Assembly: GCF_902459465.1 (NCBI RefSeq) | Contig: NC_047065.1 | Span: 372,001 to 436,000, forward strand | Reading direction: 5' to 3' | From: Asterias rubens | Lineage: Eukaryota | DNA: 64,000 bases | In this document: positions 24,401 through 35,000 of the stretch, piece after piece | Position numbering within the stretch: position 1 is the first letter of the stretch | How the letters are laid out: each line of letters starts with the position of its first letter | Program-made: the position numbers and the translations under genes | Notes under the pieces: generated by a model | The model's database searches: none | Seen by the model: the letters and a program-made list of their open reading frames with translations, nothing else | Told to the model about the DNA's origin: nothing

Positions 24401-27400
24401 GAATATGTCTCTAAATAGAAGAAAACAGAGGTCAGCCTCATTAATATTTGAATATTCTATTAAAGACAAATTGAAGAGCCTCATAAAAGGGTTACAGTAT
24501 AGATATTTTTTCCAAACTGTGGGTTCTTAACTTCCAACTTGTTTTACTTTGCGGGAAGGTGTAAATGCATTTTTCGATGCTCGGACATTTGAAAAAAAAA
24601 ACACAGGTGTAGGGTTGTTTTTGTTTGGAGGGAGAATAACATGACGGGCCCTGGGACGGGCCCTGGGACTCCCCTAATCATCTGTAGCAGAGGATAAAAG
24701 TTCAAGAGCTGTGAGACTTTCAGATGACAAGTCTGTGATGGGAGTACAGCCATCTTTCTCATGACTGTGACTGTGTGCCAGATTGCATGCTTGGCACAAT
24801 CCCATCTCTACCTGCCGTTCTAATAGCAGTTATGAATTTCCCCTCAAGCAATAGTACATTCATTTGTTGACAATTATATATAAAAATAGATTATATGAAT
24901 TGGATTGAGCTATGCATAATTTCCAACTTCATTCAAAACTAACGTAAAGGTAGAGTTTTTATTGCATCAGTTAAATATGAAAGGTTTTGCTTATGGTTCT
25001 CTGTCTGTTTGTTTTTTTCTTAAAAAAAAATATTTTACAACATTGTCTGCAGAAATTGATTTGAAGATGTACAGCAATTATGTTAAGTTACCCTCGACTT
25101 TTATCTTCTTCTTTATAATTATTAGAATTTTTTTCGCTTGATTATATTTTGATTTAATATAGTCCTCAAAGGACAAATCTTGTTTATTCGCCAACAAAAT
25201 ATGGAGAAATCTCATCATCAGAGCATATTATATCCAATTAGAGCAAGTCACAATCAAATATTGTCTTTCAATCTTTGAGAAAGAATGCAATTTGTGTTTT
25301 TCTTTACTCAAATCAAAACATCTATCTGCCATCAGAATTGAAGTTAGACTTTGCTGAATGACCAGCATTACAGAGCAGCGCAGTGTTTCAAACGCTAGAA
25401 TGAAACTCGGACTCTCACAGACACAATTACATTTGTTAGAATTGTTTGATTTCTCTTGTCCCATTCTCTCATTTTGTCCTCGATAATGAAATAAGGCCCT
25501 GAGTGAATAGTACACTAGATGTGAATTGTATAGGAATGGATAAGATGAGGATTATAAATTGGATAATGTGGATGGGTTCTAGGCATCCAAGGCTGACGGT
25601 AATGCTACAGAAGAAGAAGAAGATGATATATACAGAAAAAAGTCAAGGAGGTTTTTCATCTTGGAAATGTGCTCTCAATTCGGGAGAAGGTGGAGAATGA
25701 CACTTAAAAACCAAAACTAAAATTGGCAAGACAACGCCACAGCATCTAAACTCACAATTTACCTCGCCTATTTAGTGAAAAGATAGATTAGATTTCATTT
25801 TGAGGTAAAATACAATAAGACTGGGACAAATATTTTGCTAATTGAGGTCAAGGCTAGTAGGCAGAGGATAGCTGTGATTTTGTCATCTTTTTTTTTCTTG
25901 ACATGAGTTGGCCTGGATATGGATCTAGGCTGGTAAAGTATCAAAGTTTGAAAGGTCTTCATAAGTTTGAAAGTTTGACATCATAATTCAACTGATTGTG
26001 GAAACTTGCAATTATTGCATAACTTTGTACAAATTTTATTTATTGTGGAAACCTAATAGGATGAATTGTGTTTATTTGATAATGTTAAAGTAAAGTTAAA
26101 GTAATGTTAGATTACATCATTTGCACACATGATAAAAACGTATTCTTCAAAGTACCTACAAAAATAACTTGAATTATTCCTAAGTATGCAGTGAAATCGT
26201 TTCGCCAGGGGTTTATCTTATTTTATTTTAAAGAAGAATCTATTTTTGTAACATTCAGAAGCGATGGTCGGCTGACCATTGCTTGAATGTGTGGGTTTTA
26301 TTTAATACAAAGGGCTTGTCTGACAGCCAAAGATTTGTACCAATTGCTCTTATTTTTCTCGGCAGTCACCGTCAAATGTTAACAGGTAAAAAAGAAACAT
26401 CATGTGCCCTTGATGAGTGTGTTGTCTGATCTGGGTCCAATTTCTAAGAGCTGGTTCAGCAGAAAAATATCATTCAACAACTTTCTTCTCAGCAGAAATA
26501 AGCTGGAAACCATTCACAGACCATGCTTAGCTACTTTTGGTGCAAAAGCAGAGCTATAAAAGCTTGCCCTAAACCATACAATTTAGTCTGAGTAAAGAGT
26601 AGTGACCAAGCAAGTCAATGTACCAGATATTATACAAATTTGTCTCGCAAATAGCTCATTCGAAATCAGGCATCCACTTGTGGCCAACCAAGTCATTTTA
26701 TCGGATATAACTGAAATTCAACTCTCAAAAGCTCTTATTTGTGTCCCTCACTGCTCAAACGCTGCTCAACAAGGGCACTTTTGTCAAATAGAAGACAAAA
26801 TGTTGTGAAATGTTCCACTGACTTAATAGGAATGTAAGGTATGAAATGTTTGTGACAGACTGGTTCCTATGGGAATGAAACGGATAGTTCAAGTAAGAAA
26901 TGTGTTTCCGTAAAATGCCTTGTCGGTAGAAATGACGATGTTCCCCTGGGTGATTCAGACGGATCATTTTTGATATACTTGGAGGACGACCCAGATTATA
27001 AGTATCCGACCCAGTTGTACATATTTCACAAGGTGCTGAGCAAGATAAATGTAATTAGCTGTTTTGGAGTGTCATTTTCATTTCATTTATCCTGGTTGTA
27101 AAGCCAAAGACTTTCAGTAACTTAATCATTGTATTAGCCATGAACAAAGTAATTGCCGCTTCCCAGAAGTGCCCAGGTTGTATCGTAATTTGGGTGTGAT
27201 CACTGATATGGTTGTATGGCTTCTGACTAGCACCCTAAACAAAGATATTGACAAAATAGGGAGACCACCAAAATAGTAACGAGCTAGATAGCTCCGTTGG
27301 TTGAGCGTTGGCTATTCAATCTGTAGGTCTTTTTGTTCAACCCCAATTTGTTTGAAATCTGCCCAGTCAGTTTCCCTTGTGGTTTACTACTTGGCATTAT

Positions 27401-30400
27401 ACTAATTATCTAAAACAAACTTGTATACAATTCTAACCATTCACAAAGTAATTTGTAATTCAGGAATGAAGTGTCAACCAATTATTCCTTCTTCGTTAGC
27501 TCGCCAGGGTGGATTAGAAGTAGACTCTGAGGTTGTAAACAGTAGCGATAACCTAGGAGTGGAATCCCAAACCGACAATGACGACACGGACGCAGGTATT
27601 AGAAAGATAAAGTCTAGCATGGCGTTTGCTGTGGCCAGAGTGTTCTTTATTAGAGGAGCACTGCATGAATTAAGAACGGATTGAAGTGCCTGAAATCAAC
27701 CACTTAGCATCAGGTTGATTCATTTTTTATTTATTTATTTTTTTTTTTTGGGGGGGGGGGGGGAGGGCAGGGCGGGGGTTGTGTTGATAAACAATTTAAA
27801 AATGTTAGAAAACCCATATTTTGCATTTTGTGTTTGTTTTCTAGGAAGTTTCTGAGGGTGTATGCCAACTGTTTAGAAATAACCTTTTGTTTTCATATGG
27901 ATTCCAGCTTGTTTGTTTTAGTAAAATAAATTGTGGTGTTTTATTTTGCACAAAGATTTATGTAATTATGTTGTACTGAAAACCTGCAGCTAAATGGTTT
28001 TATTATTTTTGACATAACATAATCAGTTTTAATGAAGTAAATTATTAGTCTGAAGAGCCAGATTTGTTGCATTGAATTCTCCTTTGGGTCAAATTCTAAC
28101 CCTCCTGTTTTTCTATTAATACTGCTTGCTGTTTTCTTCCCTGAATGACACCCAGCCTCCTTTAAGTTTGTTTCAAGACTTTTTATTATATCTTTGTTAC
28201 AGACCAGCCCAGGCTGCTCCCCATGGAGCTGAGAAAGATTAAAGGAATGTTATTGGCCCAATGACCAGGGCACTAATGTAATCTATTTATTAAAGGAATG
28301 TTATTGGCCCAATGACCAGGGCACTAATGTAATCTATTGATTAAAGGAATGTTATTGGCCCAATGACCAGGGCACTAATGTAATCCATTGATTAAAGGAA
28401 TGTTATTGGCCCAATGACCAGGGCACTAATGTAATCTATTTATTAAAGGAATGTTATTGGCCCAATGACCAGGGCACTAATGTAATCTATTGATTAAAGG
28501 AATGTTATTGGCCCAATGACCAGGGCACTAATGTAATCCATTGATTAAAGGAATGTTATTGGCCCAATGACCAGGGCACTAATGTAATCCATTGATATGG
28601 TTATTGTAAAATGCACTATAAAATAACTATTTATTACTATTATTATTTTTATTTTTAATACTCAATGCTGCGTGGTTTAAACTGATCTTTTTCTGTTATG
28701 TAATAAACTGAACTAGTTGGTGTACATGAGGGAAGAATGTTATCACAATAATCTGATCAATATCAAATTCTCAAGTTCTCTTGATTTGTATGTAAACAAA
28801 AATTGGGTTAATAAACATTTGTTTACATGTTGGTCCCTAAGGTTGGTTGTATAGTACATCCCCATGAAATCACAGTTTCAGCGATAAAAAAAGACACTGG
28901 TTTATTTGCAGTGCATTGAACTAGTTCATGAAGAAATCGCATTGTGTTGTGTTTAAGATGAAGGTGATGTTGAGATGTGCAGATTTAATTCACACTAATC
29001 CTGCTGACCCAACTAAAATGACATAGTTTCCTCGTCTTTTCAATTTTAAAAGAAATTACACTTTGCATTCAATAATGTCCTGTGTAAGTCCATTACAGTC
29101 AGGCTTTGTGCTTTTGAACTGTCTAAGTCCTTTTTATCATGACCCATTTTAACTCCAATTTGTGTCTTATTTTATCCAATTATTATTTCATGTCTGCAAA
29201 GGAAAGTAAAGTGACTGGTTCATGTTGTGCTGATGTATAGGATGAAGCTGTAGTAGTAATGCATTGCAAATTAAGAGAAACCAGTGATTTTCTTGTGCAA
29301 GTCATGTTGGCAAATTGGTTTTGCTGCCCGGTGCTGCCTTTAAAAATCAACCTTTGAGAATGTTTGGCTGTGGCTGAATTGGCGGCTGCAGCTCTGGCTA
29401 GGGCTACAGCTAGAGTCTGGCGTCACCATGCATTGACATATAGGGCATCCTTAGCAACGCCCTTAGTAACAGTCGTAGCCATAGCTGTAGTGGCCAATTT
29501 GAATACAGCCTTAGGTGATTGTTTTTGTATCCGTTGGAAAAAGGACACCCAAAACAGCAGTTAGCGTGAATCTTGTATGAACCAATAAAGTAAACTTCAT
29601 AAAATATATGGATATATTGTTAAGAAACTGCACGAACATTCATCAGAATGATTTGACTTCAAGTTTGAGGTTTACTTACTAACACAGTCCTCGTATGTAA
29701 AAAACCCTGCATAATTTCTGAGTTTGATAGATGTAGCGTTAATGGTACGATGTTTGTCATTAAACGTTAGCCCCGGAGCCTGGTTGTGATCAGAATGCTG
29801 GCGTGATGATGGGATAATTACTATGTGTTCAACCTCCGTCACCTAACATGTTCAGAATTACACCTTCAGGAATTAAGTCAGTTTTCCCTTCCATGGGTCC
29901 CTTGCTGGCCCATTCAAACATTGTTGATAGTTTAAAGGAAGGGTATACTTCTTATAATTGTCAAAGTAGCCTCACAATTATCCCTTCCATGGGTCCCTTG
30001 CTGGCCCATTCAAACATTGTTGATAGTTTAAAGGAAGGGTATACTTCTTATAATTGTCAAAGTATCCTCACTTTGTGTATCCCAACATGTGCATACAACA
30101 TTGTGTGTAGCTCAACTGTCATAATCGTTTTTGAGATATGGTGAACACACTACTATGACACTATTAGGTTATGGTAAATTCTTCTTTATACACCCAAAGC
30201 AAACAGTGCACTCCTATAGCGTCCACCACATATCAAAAAGGCTTATTGAAGTTGCGTGAAAATAACACAAGAATAAAACACTTTAATGCATCGAATTATG
30301 TGCTTTCTGATACATGAAAAGGGCTTTTGTACATTTTTTTTCAGTGTCCAAGTAAACAAGCCAAACAAGCATCGCCCCCTGTGTGGGAAGCTTTCACTTT

Positions 30401-31476
30401 GATTGTAACACTACCTCAGTCTAAGGTCAAGTGAAAGTCTTCAACCATTTTCAAGTGTAGCTTTTTCTCCACGCAAGTGTTAAGGTCAACTCCTGATAAT
30501 GCCTGCGCTAGGTCAGACCAAAGTGCTTTTTCTATCTTAAATTTCTCTAATAATCTTCGATGCTTTTCCTATCTGCAGGTCACAGTGCAACTACAGCCAA
30601 CATGGAGGACGTTGGAGACGAACAGACAGATGAGATGCTTCAGATTCTTGTCAATACGGCTAAGAATACAAAGACAAGAAACACACCTAGAGAAAGGAAA
30701 CGAGGACGAACAAACCGCAAATCACGTGAGCCAATCCCTTGTATCATGCTGCATTCATTCATTAGTGGTTTATTCTTTTTAAATAAAATTGCACGGTGAC
30801 TAAGGGTCGAATTACAGGAAATATTCAGTTATACAAAATTACACAAAATCTTTAGTTCAACCCCAGTGCTAAAAAAAAAAAAAAAAGTTGGATAACTCGT
30901 CATTCAGACTGTAACATAAGAATTCTGCTTCGCGAGATCTTGAACATCTGTTTAGTAAATTGATTTGGCCATTACAAATACCTATTAATATTATTATTAT
31001 TATTATTAATATTATTATCTTGTCTCTGCTTAGTTGACTTTGTGTTTGATAATTTCTATTAATGAAAAGTTTATTAATGAAAGGTTTTGCTTTCGATGTC
31101 ATGAACTAGTTGACAAAGATTGATTGCAAATTCCTTATGTATAGAGTTTGTGTTTGAAGATTTTTATTTTTGAATAAAGAGCATTATTGGCTTACAAACA
31201 ACAGAGAGTTTTTTTTTAATTGTGTGCTGACGGAAAAGTGGAATGCCAGAAATTATCAAAAATCAAATTGTTTTGTAGATGAATATTCCAAGCCCATTGA
31301 AGTTTTAAAGACAGTTTTTATTTTTGTTGAAGGTTCGTTCTCCTTATATCAGTTTTAACTTGCTTTTAATTTGGTTTACAGTTCGGCGAACCCTTAAGGG
31401 AGGCACTGGTCTTACAGAAGCAGAGAGTCGAGCTTTGGGTCTCCATCCAGCATGCAAGACCGGCGTTCAGGTTTGA
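170..31476 (+). CDS. FHOD3: FHOD-family formin (FH1/FH2 domain-containing protein, FHOD1/FHOD3-like), multi-exon, 5'-partial
   Basis: The spliced exons give a polyproline FH1, an FH2 with FHOD hallmarks ([58 protein letters not shown]), a DAD (DEMLQILV...[17 protein letters not shown]) and the tail [12 protein letters not shown], which resembles vertebrate FHOD3 GLTPEEARALGL. Splice phases are consistent throughout. The symbol marks the family, not proven one-to-one orthology. Confidence 0.95.
1228..1314 (+). CDS. FHOD3: FHOD linker exon ([29 protein letters not shown]), phase 1-1
   Basis: Acceptor ttttcccccataaag| (an alternative in-frame acceptor gives a start at 1243); donor A|gtaaga at 1315; 87 nt. 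Confidence 0.6.
3162..3309. mobile_element. Palindromic MITE-like element, diverged relative of 36961-37110
   Basis: Imperfect arms caatgggag...tggcagcagacttac and gtaagtctgctgcca...tccccatt. Confidence 0.6.
4181..4231 (+). CDS. FHOD3: FHOD mini-exon ([17 protein letters not shown]), phase 1-1
   Basis: tataacag|ATGTT...ACAG|gtaaag; 51 nt, open in phase 1. Confidence 0.7.
4857..4913 (+). CDS. FHOD3: FHOD mini-exon ([19 protein letters not shown]), phase 1-1
   Basis: tttttcttacag|TTTC...GGAG|gtatgt; 57 nt. Confidence 0.7.
5395..5460 (+). CDS. FHOD3: FHOD mini-exon ([22 protein letters not shown]), phase 1-1
   Basis: ctctttatccag|ATGTC...GAGA|gtaagt; 66 nt. Confidence 0.75.
5577..5657. repeat. 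Tandem repeat, 24 bp x 3.4
   Basis: Unit aaaaggaagataacgcactcaaac, identical copies. Confidence 0.95.
6865..7382. repeat. Compound minisatellite: 33 bp x 7 followed by 38 bp x ~7.5
   Basis: Both units share the core aggctaggtttgatgagtgtgtt; the unit switches at 7096. Confidence 0.95.
8006..8133. mobile_element. Possible small MITE (atagaccc...gggtctat ends)
   Basis: About 8-bp inverted ends; internal gtgacgtca. A similar start occurs at ~61457. Confidence 0.35.
8188..8235 (+). CDS. FHOD3: FHOD mini-exon ([16 protein letters not shown]), phase 1-1
   Basis: ctttttatcctgatcag|GCAAAG...GATT|gtgagt; 48 nt. Confidence 0.65.
8662..8785 (-). mobile_element. tRNA-derived SINE copy (minus strand)
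   Basis: The reverse complement reads aagcagttaag...ctctagaag...gttcgaaccccacccaagt, similar to the copies at 8833 and 21411. Confidence 0.55.
8833..8965 (+). mobile_element. tRNA-derived SINE copy
   Basis: B-box ggttcgaatcc at 8889-8899; body ...actgagtatacagtgct is shared with the 21411 copy. Confidence 0.65.
9675..9956 (+). CDS. FHOD3: FHOD exon, charged coiled-coil-like ([34 protein letters not shown]...), phase 1-1
   Basis: ctccctttgcag|ATCT...TCAG|gtaaat; 282 nt; lies within ORF 9632-10015. Confidence 0.8.
10355..11478 (+). CDS. FHOD3: Large FHOD exon: linker, FH1 polyproline (~11150-11265) and start of FH2 (lasso)
   Basis: ttaatgcag|AAGCA, phase 1; contains [36 protein letters not shown] and [15 protein letters not shown]; donor AAG|gtaagc at 11479, phase 0. 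Confidence 0.95.
11515..13925. repeat. Tandem satellite, 133 bp x 18 plus 17 bp, near-identical
   Basis: 2411 bp = 18 x 133 + 17; starts 36 nt after the donor at 11479; only scattered SNPs. Confidence 0.97.
14395..14640 (-). mobile_element. Dispersed hairpin element, diverged inverted copy of ~58440-58675
   Basis: ataatgaatgttt...aaacattcattat fold-back plus the shared tail ttgttt...catccaagtaga...tttgtcatttt. Confidence 0.7.
14998..15156. mobile_element. Decayed MITE with TA-flanked inverted ends
   Basis: Ends ttagggcctttttcaaaaac and gtttcaaaaagggcctaa. Confidence 0.5.
15622..15780 (+). CDS. FHOD3: FH2 exon ([30 protein letters not shown]...NKEGIE)
   Basis: cttcccgcag| ... GAG|gtaaac; 159 nt, phase 0-0. 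Not in the ORF track on the + strand. Confidence 0.95.
15948..16270. repeat. Tandem repeat, 48 bp x 6.7 (variant copy from ~15932)
   Basis: Unit taaattggaactttaaacccaaattgcagtcctgattggagtaaaatg; ends 22 nt before the acceptor at 16292. Confidence 0.95.
16293..16475 (+). CDS. FHOD3: FH2 exon ([11 protein letters not shown]...[15 protein letters not shown])
   Basis: tcttgtttacag| ... GAG|gtaacc; 183 nt, phase 0-0. Confidence 0.95.
17029..17148 (+). CDS. FHOD3: FH2 exon ([12 protein letters not shown]...[11 protein letters not shown])
   Basis: gtactacag| ... CAG|gtgagt; 120 nt, phase 0-0. Confidence 0.95.
17609..17751 (+). mobile_element. SINE-like head (tRNA-related) preceding the 79-bp array
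   Basis: B-box-like ggttcgattcc at 17652-17662, followed by gtcatatgt...gttggttctctc, which I recall as typical of marine-invertebrate SINE2 bodies (not searched). Confidence 0.45.
17752..19175. repeat. Tandem satellite, 79 bp x 18, near-identical
   Basis: 1424 bp = 18 x 79 + 2; unit tcaatctctgtccgtgatcctacatgg...ggctcgacctca. Confidence 0.97.
19410..19571 (+). CDS. FHOD3: FH2 exon ([28 protein letters not shown]...SRCAK)
   Basis: ccttcccaaaacag| ... AAG|gtaggt; 162 nt, phase 0-0. Confidence 0.95.
20133..20248 (+). CDS. FHOD3: FH2 exon ([17 protein letters not shown]...SPLKNR)
   Basis: gttataacag| ... AG|gtacag; 116 nt, phase 0-2. Confidence 0.93.
21411..21565 (+). mobile_element. tRNA-derived SINE copy
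   Basis: A-box-like ggtggtctagttgg; B-box ggtttgaatcc at 21467-21477; body similar to the 8833 copy. Confidence 0.65.
21631..21705 (+). CDS. FHOD3: FH2 exon ([25 protein letters not shown])
   Basis: tttatctttcag| ... AG|gtatga; 75 nt, phase 2-2. Confidence 0.93.
22134..22326 (+). CDS. FHOD3: Last FH2 exon (FNQLLLYLG...[16 protein letters not shown]...TRGKMITE)
   Basis: cttcactcgacag| ... GAG|gtatgt; 193 nt, phase 2-0. Confidence 0.95.
22270..22875 (+). repeat. Tandem duplication, ~126 bp x 4.8, of the last 57 nt of an FH2 exon plus its donor and intron start
   Basis: Copies start at 22270, 22396, 22520, 22646 and 22772; donor GT at 22327, 22453, 22577, 22703 and 22829. Confidence 0.95.
23082..23205 (+). 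CDS. FHOD3: FH2-DAD linker exon ([23 protein letters not shown]...KPTL)
   Basis: gcttttctttctag| ... TGG|gtaagt; 124 nt, phase 0-1, bridging the flanking exons. DAKLKALL resembles FHOD1 HASMKSLL. Confidence 0.8.
23496..23698. repeat. Tandem repeat, 51 bp x 4
   Basis: Unit gggcctccatgcccctgatcattcattgccttgttgccctttgaaatcttt. Confidence 0.95.
26431..26570. mobile_element. Decayed MITE related to the gggcccaatttcat family (cf. 48052)
   Basis: Left end ctgggtccaatttctaagagctg; degenerate right end cagagctataaaagcttgccc. Confidence 0.4.
27281..27390 (+). mobile_element. Second tRNA-derived SINE family, internally deleted copy
   Basis: A-box-like tagctccgttgg; the segment tttgttcaaccccaa is shared with the 57517 fragment. 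Confidence 0.45.
27500..27595 (+). CDS. FHOD3: Probable FHOD cassette exon ([32 protein letters not shown]), phase 1-1
   Basis: ttccttcttcgttag| ... GCAG|gtatta; 96 nt, frame-preserving between two phase-1 junctions; more GC-rich than its flanks. Confidence 0.55.
28237..28596. repeat. Tandem repeat, 51 bp x 7, with higher-order pattern ABCABCC
   Basis: Unit-end variants ctattt, ctattg and ccattg recur with a period of three units. Confidence 0.95.
29885..30071. repeat. Tandem duplication, 96 bp x 2
   Basis: tcccttccatgggtccc at 29885 and 29981. Confidence 0.9.
30579..30725 (+). CDS. FHOD3: DAD exon ([28 protein letters not shown]...[12 protein letters not shown])
   Basis: ttttcctatctgcag| ... 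TCAC|gtgagc; 147 nt, phase 1-1; core DAD plus basic region. Confidence 0.93.
31382..31476 (+). CDS. FHOD3: Final coding exon ([31 protein letters not shown])
   Basis: tttggtttacag|TTCGG; TGA at 31474-31476; matches the FHOD C-terminus. Confidence 0.9.
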
Positions 31477-32084
31477 TATAGAGAAAACGAATTCCAGGAG
31501 AGACTCTTAGGGTGCTGTTGACGGTGACTCATGCAGTGTGTTTTCATTGAAGGGAGGTCCGCTTAGTGGTGCCACTATGGGCACTTTGGGCAGTTGCATC
31601 TAAGAGGACAAAACTTGCCCTTCAGACACACATTGACAGATTGACTTGGGCAAAACAGGTTCATTGCCATCAAGAAACCATCTTGATTGGGGTGTATTGC
31701 TTTTCTTGATTGGGGTATACTGTTCTCTCGATTGGGGTTTACTTTTATTCCGATTGGACCCACTTTCCCCAATGAAGGTATGAGTGTTTCCTGATCAGGA
31801 AAACCTATGAGTGGTTGTGATACATGGTGCAGGGACTGCTCAATTTGAAATGCCACTCTAAAAGTTGTAACTTATTTAACCATCCGGTCTTCTGGTTCGT
31901 AAAGCCTGCCCTCAAGGTTGTGTGTGTTTGCTCCATATAGAAGTCTAGTATCCTGACAAAATATGCACAGAGAGAAGAGAATTGTTAACAAGTTGCCTGA
32001 CTATCAAACTGAAAGTGAAAATACAGAATGAAATCATTATTTTTAGATTGAGGCTTGTGCCTTTAAATGATATATGCAAAAAGG

Positions 32085-32090
32085 AATAAA
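32085..32090 (+). terminator. Candidate polyadenylation signal for FHOD (first clear AATAAA after the stop; another at 33037-33042)
   Basis: Hexamer only; no transcript evidence. Confidence 0.25.
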
Positions 32091-35000
32091 AGCACCAAAA
32101 CGCAAACAAAAAGTGCAAACTATTTTTTAAATAGATTTTAACGCTGATAGTATTTATGTCTTGTGGAATATGGTTCTGTATTGAAATGTTGCTGTTTAGG
32201 GGCATCCTCTACAAATGTTATTTTAAAGGCTTAGGATTTTACAAATATTTTTTTTTAAGTGTGTGATTACTGGCTAATTGCGATCAATTTTAAAGATGTT
32301 TTAATGTAATTTTGCCCATTTTGATTAATGTAGATTAGCATTAATTTATCTATAAACAATTCAACAAACCCAATCCCTGTACTGTTTTGGATCCCAAGAT
32401 ATTTGCAGAAAACCAAACGGTTCATATCTTTCACAATTTAGACTTTTATACTTGTAAATATATCTAGAAATATCCACAGAAAAAAAAAGGCGAAAGTTCT
32501 GTTTTTTTAAATTTTATTCTAGGGGCAGTTCACAATTAATTTTGTTAAAATTTTCTGACTATTTAAAGTATTATGCACAAGTGACTTTTCAAAAACAGAT
32601 AACAAACAATACATACACCAGTGGCAAGCTTAAGAAGAGTGCAGCTTTTAAATGTGTTGCCATGGCAGCATGCACTGTAATCGGAAATGTATCTCTACTT
32701 TGAGTATTAGACAAGTTTTTTTTCCTTGGACAGTTCTGTCAAGTTCTTGAAGACTTAACACATTTTCTAAAAGTCTGCATTGAAACTCGGCAAAACTATG
32801 CTAAACTCGGCTAAATATAGTTATAATTTTAATCCATTTCGACCAGAGCTCCAATTTTACTTTCATTGTTCCTTGGTATTACATTAAATTATTCCAATGA
32901 AAATAAGGTCACAAATGCAGGCATGATATTCAACTTTCTTTAATCTGATTTAGGGTTCAGTGTTAGCCTTTAATGTTGTTACAAATTCTGGAAAAAAAGT
33001 ATACAAGCCTAATCATGTAGGTCAGCCCTTGTACTTAATAAATCTTCATCTTTTCAATAGACTAGGCCTGTATAATATAGCCATAGAAATGTTATGGCCC
33101 CAAGGAAACAAACTTAAAAGTAGTTTACAATTTATAGGTCATGATGGGTTATTGCAGAATGCTATTTTAATTACAAGAAAAGTACAGTTTTGAGGTTAGT
33201 TTTGTAATCATTACTAAATATTGTTGGAAAGTTTTGTTTGGCCCACATGTACTTTGCACTCGTTTGTATAGAGGGTTATTTATGTGATTTACTAAGATCT
33301 AGTATTTGCTTCTTTTTCATATTTAGAGAAACTCTTCAAAGCCACACGTTCAACCAAATTTTATCGAAATGCAAAGCCGGGTTCTATACTTTGTAAACAC
33401 ACAAATATCTACTAACGCTATGTTTCATGAATCCACTGAATTTATTTTATTAGAAACCTTTTAGTTAAAGAAACCCGACGACTATCCATAAATCGGCCAA
33501 AGCTTTCGTTTGGAAACGCAATCTGAATCAAAGAGTGACCCAGCTTTATCAAATTACCCCTCAATCAATGATATCACAGTTTGATTGACTGTACTGTTTC
33601 TAAGGCTTACCCCTTTCCATCTAAACTTGACAAAGAAGCAGATAAACTACAACAATGTTTCCAATTCTGAAGGAGCTGTTTACACGCCGGGGTTTTTCTT
33701 TTAACCATACCCTCCAAAGAACGAAAAGAGAAAGTATAGGCAGACAAAAAAAAAACACCCAACAAAACCGCCCTGATGAAGTTACATCGCCACTGAATGG
33801 TGCATGCCACATCTCTTTGTACCCCATTGGTTTTGATGACGTCAATGGAGTGTGGTCTTCTATTAAGCGATGGGTTGTAGGTTTCATACTGTGGGGTTAG
33901 GTATCAGATGTATTATATTCTACCTGTATGGGATGAGGGATGAGATGGCCAATCAATAGCTTTGCTCACCCACCCCCCTTCCCAACGGCTATCGTTTTCC
34001 CGCCTAAACGTATTCAGACATCTTATATACAAGCAGACAACTGATGTATGTGTTTGCAAAATGTATGTTTTTTCACTGTCGGCAATATTGGATAGATCGA
34101 ATGTACACAGTTCATATTGGATGGTTGTTAAAGGGTTGGTACATAATCTGAAATTGTTCACTTTAATTAAGTGTGGCGAATTGAGATTGCTGGAACAAAG
34201 TATCATTTTTAACCACCATTTCGGGATTTATTTACAAGTTAAGAATGGGTTGCACTAGGTGTGAAATACGTAATGCACCTAATGGATTCCAACCCACCCC
34301 TCGGGAAGCCATTTTGATTTGGTTATACATACATCAAGGTTTATTGCTAAAAGCAGACTGGTCCCCTTTTGACATTCCCTTTTATAGTGTATCCTCTAAT
34401 AAGGGATCAAGACACGTGGCACAGAGTAAACAAAAAGACTTGAGTACCCTCAGTTGTGATCTTATTGTGATCTTATTTAAATCTTCTTTTAAAAGAAGAA
34501 TAAAAACATCCCGTCTGTTTTCCCTCCCCAAGAACAAGTCCATACATTTTCCACACTTGCCCTTTAACCAAAAGATTCCCCTAAATTGGTGTATTTAGTA
34601 TTAGGGCTATTTTTGTTGCAAATATGGAACATGTTAAGGCTGTAAATTGACCCAGAATCAGAAACCCGTGAGAAAATCAAATTTATTGAACATTCACTTG
34701 GGAAATCTTCTCGGAGATATCATAAATTTGGACAATCCAAAAACCCAAATCCTTCTTGTCGTGCCATCTTAATCTAATTCATTTGGTATTTCCGTAAAAC
34801 CTAGGTAAACATTTGTGTGGGTGTTAACTCCAACCATAGAAATTAGATAAATTTATTTTAGATTTAGAGCCGGGGCTATTTTTCTTGTGTTTTTTAAAGC
34901 TACTGCGGTGTGGGCAGCATGCAGTACTCGCTAGAAAATACGCGATAAAGGGTTACAAAGCGAGAAATATTTACTGCCATAATATTTATTTTACTCTTGA

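Noticed and set aside
24688-24764. Possible alternative terminal exon [25 protein letters not shown]
   Set aside because: Weak pyrimidine tract and no independent support; an open stretch this short arises by chance.
25583-25650. TEEEEDD motif resembling the FHOD3 T(D/E)5XE exon
   Set aside because: It is a (GAA)n run behind purine-rich, poor acceptors, and the available donors are phase 2, which does not fit. Worth rechecking only if junction reads appear.
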